Shown here: positions 38,336 through 46,863 of the stretch, one piece after another | Layout: each line of letters begins with the position of its first letter | Position numbering within the stretch: position 1 is the stretch's first letter | NCBI GenBank assembly: GCA_023515725.1 | Contig: JALDTO010000083.1 | Coordinates: forward strand, 1-46,863 | Direction of reading: 5' to 3' | DNA length: 46,863 bases | Source: Amoeboaphelidium protococcarum X5 | Taxonomy: Eukaryota; Fungi; Aphelidiomycota | The notes under the pieces: model-generated | Databases searched by the model: none | The model's input: the letters and a program-made list of their open reading frames with translations, nothing else | Told to the model about the DNA's origin: nothing | Program-made: the position numbers and the translations under genes

Positions 38336-38772
38336 TATGAATAATCCTCGTCCTGAAGTTTCATTGGTCAATGTAGTCGGGTATTGATAACTTGAATCAA
38401 CATCTGAAATTGAAATGCAAGGTTTGAGCATTGACTAAATCACTGAAGACAACAAGGTGGATGTTTATCTGAGCATTTCACGAGATATTGAGTTCTTCAA
38501 TATCTTTTGGCAAATAGAGAATTGGTTTCAAGATAACATTGAATTAGTAAATACATTATTTCTCTCAGTATTACTGTTGAAGTTTACTCTCTTCAATCTC
38601 TCTCTCAATCTGTGATCATACTGTACGTAATCGGAAATGCCAACACTATACACTTCTCTTTATGCGTCAACTTCTTCAACGCTTTGTAATGCACTCCAAC
38701 TGACGCAAGATAAAATATTATAAACGTATATTTAGTATTCCGAAATATATATATGATAAGTCAAGTAATAGT

Positions 38773-40068
38773 TCATAATTGCTGCTGTTGTAAAGACTCC
38801 AACTTGGCGGCTTCCTTCTTCAGAAGCATGTACACCATCCGAATGTTGTCGTATACAACATTGATATCTTGCGCTTTCAAGTCACTCACCATCTCACCCA
38901 ACTGATCCAATTTCTTTTCCAGTGATGAAGTCTTTACTCCGTACGCGCATGTAGCATTACCGGATGCTTTAGGATTGTCATTGGCCGAATGATCAGCTTC
39001 ATCTTGATCACCCAGCTGGATGGATTCCATTTACACGACCGATCCCTTCATCAACATTGACTCTTCTTCTTCAGACTGATCATTATTCACTTTGATTTCA
39101 GCCTAGTCAACAACAGCGGTAGAGTGATCCTAGTTGGTAGAACGTACATCTGGAACTTATGAGCAGTTCATTGCTTTTGCACCTTCAACTTTAACTGGAG
39201 AATTATCTTCCTACTGCTAATATATAATTTCATCAACAGCTTCAATCAAACCATCAATCGCCTCAACGCTAATCTTCTTTGTCAACTATTGAGACGACGA
39301 TGATGATAATAATTAATTTCCTCTAGTACCAGTGCTATTCAATAGAGGCTTTATAGCATCAATCCAACTCTGCATCTCATCATCTGACTGACATTACAGG
39401 TAGTAAGTTCTGGATGGACGTGAACGGGAAATAGGAGTGTGGTTGAATATACTAACCGGCGAAGGAGGCGTCTTGACGTTATCAGCAGAGCTAGTAGCAG
39501 ATTAAGCAATTATAACAGTGGGAGCATCTTGACTATCATCGGCATCTGCACCGAATGAAGGGCACTTTGATGGACTCTCTCCAATATCTTGGTGATCAGG
39601 CTGCGTTGATTCACCAAGATTAGCGACAGTGGAGTCTTGTGGCTTCTGCGCAGTATTCAACTCAACAGCGGATACTAGCAACTCTTTATCAGCATTAATT
39701 GGAGATCCATCTTCTTCTTGATCAACACCTTCCTACTTTGGCTATTGAGGCACAGGTGCGGAGATCAATTCAGAGGTGACGCGTGGACTTAGAATCAGCA
39801 GATGCTTTTTATCAGCCAACGCAGAGGACTACTACTCCTGCTACTACGCACCACGTACTTCAGTATAGTCAGGCAAGTAAATCGACCCGCTTGGACTCTT
39901 ATCATCAGCGTTCTTGTAGTAAAGAAGGTGTTGATCATGCAGCACAAAGTATCTCTTGCGCCAATTGACAGAAAATCCACTACCACCCTTCTTAACCAGC
40001 CAGCCACATTTCACAGCATCAGAGTAGATGGATGCAACACTGGGACCTTACGCGCTCACGGAAACCAT
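38773..40068 (-). CDS. Split-PH-domain protein with C-terminal coiled coil (431 aa)
   Basis: KCGWLVKKGG...NWRKRYFVL...LLYYK...PSGSIYL, then a long low-complexity insert, then RTYYLQCQSDDEMQSWIDAI. 1296 nt open. Confidence 0.85.
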
Positions 40069-40491
40069 ACTTAATTCTTGTGATAATAATTATAGCAAAA
40101 TTATTTAGATAAATATAGGCTGATTTGAATTCAATTGCAAGAACAAGAGTAATTGCGGCGTGGAATTAAACGATAAAGAATTGCCCCGGGATGATTTCAA
40201 TTCGATGATTACGGCAATGGCGCAGCTGATTGTACAACTCAGCTCCCACACTGAGAACGCCATAAATTTTAATTTTCTATTCATACCGCTGATATTCCCC
40301 ACTTAAAAAACGTATTAAAATTTAAGATTAAGCGTGTCAAAGCGAAGCATATTGCTTTGTGTTGGGATTTGATAATCTTGGCGGTGTAACTTGAATAGTT
40401 TGATTTTCGCCGACCAGTGTCAACTTGAAAGCATTGACGACTTATTTTCTGGATTTTACCTTTATCAGATCAGACATAAGCTATTCATAAA

Positions 40492-40920
40492 ATGAGATTA
40501 CCGGCTTAAATTGCAAAAGAGCTTGGTATTTAGCAATAAGATAATACCAATGCATTTCGCAAATCAACTAAACATCATTCCGATAAGAAATTGACGCGTA
40601 AAGAGTAGCGTAAAATGGATCGATAGTAAAAGAAATTGAGAAAAACGCGTAATGATGATAATCTAGGTGCTGTTGGGAATGAGAGATAACCTCACCGTCA
40701 TTTGAAGCGTCATGAAAGTTAAAGTAGACGAGTAGATAAACCTTAATTAAGTAGAAAATCTAATGCTGATAAACTTAAAGAAAGATATCCGGCGTTGTAT
40801 GAAAGCTTGGCTAAAGATGATGCGAATATACGACGCGTAAATGATGATCCTGATGAAGATGAACGCATGATGGAGTATTACTCAAAGAAACTCAAGATGA
40901 AGCCAGCTGGAACAGAATGA
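40492..40920 (+). pseudogene. SGD1: N-terminal fragment of SGD1/NOM1 (142 aa, ends in TGA)
   Basis: MRLPAQIAKEL...LTRKEQRKMDRQQKK...DEDERMMEYYSKKLKMK matches the Sgd1 N-terminal motifs (R.P..I..EL; RKE.RK..R..KK; E...KKL). It stops before the acidic region and the KY.PP motif. Confidence 0.65.
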
Positions 40921-41568
40921 AATTCTATTATGCGTATTGAAAAGCTTTCTAATGAGTGGCTCATCTCATGTAATAATTCAACTTTTGAAAAGATGACACG
41001 CGTATCTGGCTCCATCATCAACTTAGTTGATCAATGACATCAAGGTGTATCTTTGAATGATTATTGTTGTCTTTGTTGAATAGTTAATTATTCTGACTCT
41101 TTCAATCTTTTACTGTGCAGTGAGTTTTATTATATGTTCAAGTTCCATAAAGCACCGCGGGACATGAGGTTAAGTTCTGTGCAGGATCTGCTTGTTAATT
41201 GCGTTTATTTAAAGATGATAAAGTTGTTACAAATTCCTGTGTGCTGATTTAATTATTCTCTAAACATAAAGATGAAAATGGCAACAAGAGCAGTCAGTCA
41301 GAGTAAGGCAAATTAGAACTCGGCACTTTTACTAAACAATTAAGGGGGGAAAGTGGATTTAGAGACCAAGGCCTTTATTGTGTGGTAAATGAATCTAGAC
41401 TTCCCATAATTATGCACACTATTTACTTTGTAAGTTCCGTCGACATTACTTCTATTGACTGAAATAAATGGCAGACATCATTAAAACCGTAACGGTAACT
41501 AAATCTTCTGAAACGCGCTCATTCCCATTTTTTCTCTGACGCGTCACGAAGGTAAAACACGTCAAATT

Positions 41569-42993
41569 ATGATTGTCCAAGATCTATTATCGTATCAACT
41601 GCCAGCTATTATATAAGACCCAGTTAATAACTCTCAGTCTACAACTCCCCATCCTGAGAATACTCGTATTCTTGATGATGTCAACATGACCGTGTGGGAT
41701 TCTTTTGACGAGGATGTCATCGATCCGTTTAATACGTACGTGGCTGACAAGCTGCAATTGGAATGCAAAGACCCTCTGGCTCATCTGTCTATACCTGATA
41801 TAGATAAGGAAGTTAGCGTTTGGTTTATATCACAGAGCTGCTTTACAATTGCGGATGAATTGGCTAAAGTCTTGAATTTAAATGTGATACTGGGATACGA
41901 CCCGAAGAAGGTAGTATTGAGGCCAAATTGGGTCTTTTTCCGGAGACTAGAAGATATGAAAGGCATTTATAACATTGTGAAAATCTAATAGGGATCGCCG
42001 TTGATGACTGGCTAGGTCAACATTAGTTTGGCTCTGGATGACGGCATGGATCTGGTGACAATTGCGAATGATGACCAGTAGGAATTGTACAATGACATAC
42101 GACGCATTATATCTCAAGAGTATAGCTATATGACCGTGAATAATCATCGCTATGGGGTGATATGCACCAATAAGAAGGTATACTTTCTACGTCGTGGCGG
42201 TCCAGATGAGTAGAGGCCTTATCATCAGTTGCAATTCAGTAAGGCTGTTCCTGTTGATTAAGTTACCCCGTATAACTTTATCACTGCGTTGACTGCCATG
42301 TACTTTGAATGCTCCAATAACCACCACCTTTAATCGTCTCCGTGCAATCCTACGCCTAGTATTGAGTTCGATCCTGCCATTAGAATTGAAGTCCCAGTGC
42401 ACAATTTGTATTTCGATGCACTAATGGAGGGTAGTGAATAGTTTTCAGTAGTGAAAGCTGGATTCCGCCAGCCTTTAGATACTGTGCTAAAGATGGTTGA
42501 CACGAGGTACGATATTACTGAATCTTAAAGTGATTCCGCTTAAATTTATTCGGACGTAGCCAGTGACGGCGAGAATTCGAAATAAGTGTAATAGAAAGGC
42601 CCTCGCTTGTTGTCATTGGAAAGGGAGCATCAGTGTTATCTCATCCTGAAGGAGTATTGGGGATTGTATCTTCCAGTGTTACATGCGCGTTTATCTCTGG
42701 ATAACTGGATCGAGTGCATAATGATTGATGAGTTGGAGAAGCCAACTCGTGAGGACTTTGATGAACAAGATGATCATCTGCGCGATGCTCTTGATGCTAT
42801 CTATGACAAAGGTGTTGCTCACAATGACGTTGCAGAGAGAAATATAATGAAAGACAAGAAGACTGGTAGGCTTATGTTCATTGACTTTGCATATTCCCGT
42901 TTGCTTGAAGATGATCCTGAAAAGTTTAAGATTGCTCGAATGGAGGATGGTTTGAGATTGGAGTTTGCAATAAAGGGAGAGACGTATGGCTGA
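41569..42993 (+). CDS. REase-fold domain fused to an atypical protein kinase (Crinkler-like C-terminal architecture, 474 aa)
   Basis: 1425 nt open, no introns. IISQEYSYMTVNNHRYGVICTNKKVYFLRR fits the Q.Y.YM..N..YG...FL.R REase tail. Kinase motifs VLKMVD, LEREHQCY, GVAHNDVAERNIM and FIDFAYS. Confidence 0.85.
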
Positions 42994-43125
42994 TTTTCAC
43001 ATTAGAGTCAGGCAGGCAGCACATTATGTTATAGTATTCATATTAAAATTGCATTCTATTATCATCGCTGAATAGTTAAGATGATGAATTAAATAAATTA
43101 TGAAATTTGCATATCCTTTGATATA

Positions 43126-43189
43126 GAAATTTTTCAATCTCTGCAAAACTATAATTTAGAACTGAACTGATGCTGAAAACGCGTCAAAT
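43126..43189. promoter_or_regulatory. Candidate promoter motifs upstream of the SGD1 C-terminal ORF (RRPE-like and MCB-like)
   Basis: GAAATTTTTCA (43126-43136; reverse complement TGAAAAATTTC, RRPE-like) and CTGAAAACGCGTCAAAT (43173-43189). Confidence 0.25.
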
Positions 43190-43275
43190 CGTCTTCATTT
43201 TTAGTAACATCGTCTTCGAATCTCATTATATTAAGTTATTTTTACTATCGGGAGCGTACCAATACATTGATAACA

Positions 43276-45003
43276 ATGCCCTTAAATAGTTAATTAAGTA
43301 GCGCTGATGGCTAGCAAAATGATGATGAATAGAAATAACTCATGGCGATAAGGAGAGCATTGCAAGGTTAAATGAACAGGACATCAGAGAACAATGTAGA
43401 AGCTGTGTTTAATCAGATTGAATCTGTCTATTAGCAGTATCCAAGAAATCACGTAAATAATGTATTATTCTAAATCATCCGCTCATCGCTGGCTGGCAAT
43501 ATTGTTCTTTTGGATGATTTTATTATTGTGTATGCGCTGCTTATCAGCCTGGTGTATCACGTTGTTGGTCATGACTCTGGAGCTGTTTTGGTGCAGAAAG
43601 TGGCCGAGCTTTGTCACTTATAACTCTCTGGTATTGACGCGTCTGATATGATTGAATCTTAGGTGATCAATATGGTTAGTCTACTCGGTCACTTGTACTT
43701 GATGAAAGTGGTTGGCGCCAATCTTATTTACGATTTTCTGACAGATTGTATCAGTGGAGATAATTAATAACTACTATCGGAGCAGAGGGTGGAAGTTGTT
43801 CTAAAGCTATTAAAGATTTGTGGTGGCAAGTTGCGTTCTCAGGACGCTACTGGATTGAAAGACTTTATTATTCTATTCAACTCTAGACTGTCTTTATCAA
43901 ATGGTGTTCAATCTGAGAGGCTAAAATTCTTGGTGGAAATGGTCAACAATATCAAAAATAATAAAATTAGTAAATAGTCTCGTGGAGCTGAAGATCGCTT
44001 GTCTAAACTGTAACGAAACTTGCTGCAGAAACGAAGCATTAATCCGCATGAGCCACTTCGCTGCTCCCTCAATGATATTCTGAATGTGAAAAGCAAAGGA
44101 GCGTGGTGGATTATTGGAGCTCCGTGGGTTGGTAATCAGTATACAGCTGGCGGTGGTGATAATCATCAGCCTTCACACGCACAATCAGATTCTAAACAGT
44201 CTTCATAAATGCAGAGCTCTGTGTAAAAGCTGTAGAAAAAGTTGAACATTAACACTGATTTAAGGCGATAGATATTTAGTATTTTCATGGAATGTGAAGA
44301 TTATATTGATGCTCATGAGAAACTGATGAAACTTGGCCTGAAAGATCGTTAGGAACGCGAGATTGTGAGGATGATCTTGTATTGCTGTTAGAAGGAGAAA
44401 ATTTACAATCCGTTCTATGGTGCACTAGCAGAGAGATTATGCCAGAGCAGTCATAGTCATAAAGTGACATTACAATATGCCATTTGGGATTTTATCAAAG
44501 AGTTATAGAGTACAAGTAACGTGAGTGCGCGTAAAATATCTCATGTCGCCAACCTCACGGCGTAATTGATCAAGGCATATTCTTTATCGATGTCAGTGTT
44601 GAAAGTGATTGATTTCTCTTCCGCTCTCTCTGCAATTGGTGGTGGTGGTGGTGGTAGATCTGAGAATGGTCAGCCGTCCAAGACTTGTTTCTTCTTACAG
44701 ATTGTACTGATATAGATTTTGTATGCGGATCCCTATGGCTCAGAGAATTACCTGTAGATTGAGAAACTATTCAATCGACTGGGAGTAATGTCTGAACTGG
44801 CACAGTTAAAGTAGGGATTGATTCTGGTGATGAAGGATTGGATCAGGAAACGTTCCCGTTCGGTCGCGTCGAGTGAAGCGCGTCTCCTCGTTGAACAACA
44901 CTGCTGTAGAAAGTACTCATCCGACATTTACTTAGATTTAAAGCAGCGCATAAAGACTGCGCAAGAAGCTCTATTGAATCCCACTGATATAATAATCGAT
45001 TGA
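43276..45003 (+). CDS. SGD1: SGD1/NOM1 C-terminal part: MIF4G and MA3 domains (575 aa from the in-frame ATG)
   Basis: IRRALQGQMNRTSENN...YPRN, LKLLKICGGKLRSQD, RLKFLVE.VNNIKNNK, KGAWWIIGAPW, NTDLRRQIFSIFMECEDYIDA and QEREI...CCQKEKIYNPFY. Confidence 0.9.
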
Positions 45004-45169
45004 CTTATACACGTTCTTTCCATTTAGTTTCATCCTAACTTTAACTAATTTTGATTGATGATATCTCTTTGGTTGTCTTGAGCTTTTACCAAGTTTTTCA
45101 CCTTTTTCAATTAGATTCAAATCTTTCAGGAAATAGTCTTGGTGATAATCATAAAAATTGAATTAACGT

Positions 45170-46863
45170 ATGGCTGTCATGAATTAAATTTCTTAGTAAT
45201 TGGTAAATGTGCTGTAGAGTTTGTCGTCTAGTGATAATAATGTGAGAACATAAGCGGAAGAGTAATTGAATCAGTTTGCGGTATAGTATCCAGATTAGTT
45301 ATTGTTGGGATTGATGGATCTGCTCACTGGTCAGTCGTCATCGCCGCCAGCTCTTGAGCTGAGTATCATGTCTGCCGTTGTATTGAGAAGAGTCGGATTT
45401 AAACCTCTAACTGGTGTTGGTATTGGCAAATAGTAGTATGAAGGTACGGTGTGGTAGAAAATTAGTGCTTAGACGCGTCAATAGATCAAGTCATAGCTGA
45501 TCGGATCCTTCTAATCATCTGCTGTGAGTGATGGTGCCCTGCTAAAAAAGATTTCTGATTTAATGATAGAGGTGGCCTATCATGAATTGTCAGTTTATGA
45601 ACAGAATAGTGGCAGCGGTAATGTTCAAGGTTGGCCGGAATTGCTTCCTGCTTTATTCGCAGTCGTTCAGAGCAATTAAACCTCCAGTAATGGATCAAGT
45701 TTGGTCACTTCTGCGTACCATATTATCGCTGAGGTGCCTATGCTATTTGGCAATACTGATCCTTAGAGCGAAGTAGTTACTGTTAATGTTCAGCTACTAC
45801 CATCCCTCAGAGATTTTCTACTCGCTGGTATGAAGCATTAAAGCCATCATGTCAGGGTGGCGGCTGTGCTGGCGTCGTGTCGATTCCTGTAGTGGAAGGT
45901 ATTAGAGTCTTAGATGAGAGTGGGCGTCGCAAATGAACTTATGCCCCATATTGGTAATGTATTAGTGTCTTTGTATTCCGCCGATGGCCAGGAGGTGTAG
46001 TATGAAGATGAGCTGGTAGAGGTACTGACATGTCTGATTGAGTTGTCTGAAGATTTTGGTAAATTGTTCAAGATTATACTGCCGCAATTGATTGGATTCA
46101 TGGTGTAGATCTTATGCAATCAGTCAGGATCTCTGGAGGATTCAACTCGCCATATGGCTCTGGAGTTGATTGTCAGTTTGGCTGAGAATATTCCGGCTCT
46201 TTGTCGTAAACTATCAAGTGGTAATGGTGGTAATTTCTGTCAGCAGGTGGTGCCTCATGTTATGAAATTGATGACCGAGATTGAGGATAGTACAGAGTGG
46301 TCTAATACTAATGACATAGATGATGAGCCCTCCGATGCTAATCATGTTGTGGGAGAGTAAGCTATTGACCGTTTGGCATGTGCTATTGGACCAAAGTAAA
46401 TGCTTCCCGTCGTCTTTGATATTCTACCTCAGTTCATGGGATCCACAGAGTGGAAATTAAGATACGCTGCTCTGATGTGCATCTCAAGCATTGCCGAGGG
46501 GTGTAAGAAATTGTTGGAATAGGAACTGGGTAAGCTGTTGTAGATGATTGTCCCGTTTGTCAAGGATAGTCATCATCGCGTGAGATATGCTGCCTGTAAT
46601 GCTCTAGGATAATTGAGTTCGGACTTTGAGTAGACGCTGTAGAGTAAATACCATTAGCTGGTGGTTCCTGCTCTGTGCTCAGTCATGGATCCGCAGTAGG
46701 AATAGAGTAGAGTAATGGCGCATGCAGCTGCTGCTTTAGTCAACTTTTGTGAAGGAGCTCAGTAGCATCATGTCAGTCCGTACTTGGAACATATTTTCTA
46801 GCGCCTCACCGTTTTGGTTTCGTTAAACAAATTGTACGTGTAAGAGTAAGCAATCACTTCCTT
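45170..46863 (+). CDS. PSE1: Importin-5/Pse1 (karyopherin beta-3), 3' end outside the window
   Basis: LQSLSSSDNNVRTQAEEQL, RHMALELIVSLAE, VGEQAIDRLACAIG, RYAALMCISSIAEG, RVRYAACNALGQLSSDF and RVMAHAAAALVNFCE. Confidence 0.93.

Noticed and set aside
38520-38700. Extra exon or small gene downstream of the PH gene (minus frame WSALQSVEEVDAQREVYSVGISDYVQYDHRLRERLKR)
   Set aside because: No donor site or start could be linked to it and no family was recognised; left unannotated.
40185-40260. Possible box C/D snoRNA (GATGATT...CTGA)
   Set aside because: The C box is imperfect, I could identify no rRNA-complementary guide, and there is no clear terminal stem.
40900-43290. TIRs or a target-site duplication around the segment interrupting SGD1
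   Set aside because: Only short AT-rich matches were found (e.g. ATTCTATTAT near 40922 and 43053), not at matching junction positions.
945-46360. Most short ORFs in the supplied track as independent genes
   Set aside because: They are either TAR-bounded fragments of the larger table-6 genes or antisense/alternate-frame shadows, e.g. 12025-12648, 15352-15909 and 37574-37990.
1-46863. Reading the many in-frame TAA/TAG codons as mass pseudogenisation or sequencing error
   Set aside because: Frames stay intact for up to 5.6 kb, TAR falls on conserved Gln positions, and essential genes such as RPS24 and PSE1 are affected equally.
1-46863. CRISPR arrays, rRNA, tRNA or prokaryotic operons
   Set aside because: No regularly spaced repeats or RNA-gene signatures were seen. 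Spliceosomal introns and gene content are eukaryotic.

Overview
Gene-dense eukaryotic nuclear DNA that reads correctly only with TAA and TAG as Gln and TGA as the sole stop (NCBI table 6). The supplied standard-code ORF track therefore shatters almost every gene. Re-read this way, the window holds about 23 intact genes, all complete ones ending in TGA, with a few 49-76 nt GT-AG introns. They are paxillin, a Ufd4/TRIP12-type HECT ligase, iPGM, a plant-type GH35 beta-galactosidase, an atypical papain-like peptidase, Nsl1/Mis14, an Ecm15-like protein, an NmrA-like reductase, ARO7, a CH-domain protein, Sen15, CFIm25, a Kv-type K+ channel, ATE1, RPS24, an SLC35/TPT transporter, a Dma1-like FHA-RING ligase, RAB3GAP2-N, an orphan ORF, a split-PH protein, a REase-kinase fusion, the MIF4G+MA3 half of SGD1/NOM1, and importin-5/Pse1 (truncated by the window). 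The code plus the mix of fungal-type and ancestral-opisthokont genes suggests an aphelid such as Amoeboaphelidium protococcarum (inference). There are three accessory regions. (1) Two converging, decayed Helitron relics at about 0.5-3.5 kb. (2) An island at 34.7-38.5 kb with a kinase-motif relic, an orphan ORF with no TAA/TAG codons, a frameshifted PD-(D/E)XK nuclease and a Tc1 element with 24-bp TIRs and TA duplication. (3) An intact Crinkler-like REase-kinase gene sitting between the two halves of a broken SGD1/NOM1 gene. All translations and family calls were made by eye from motifs, without database searches.
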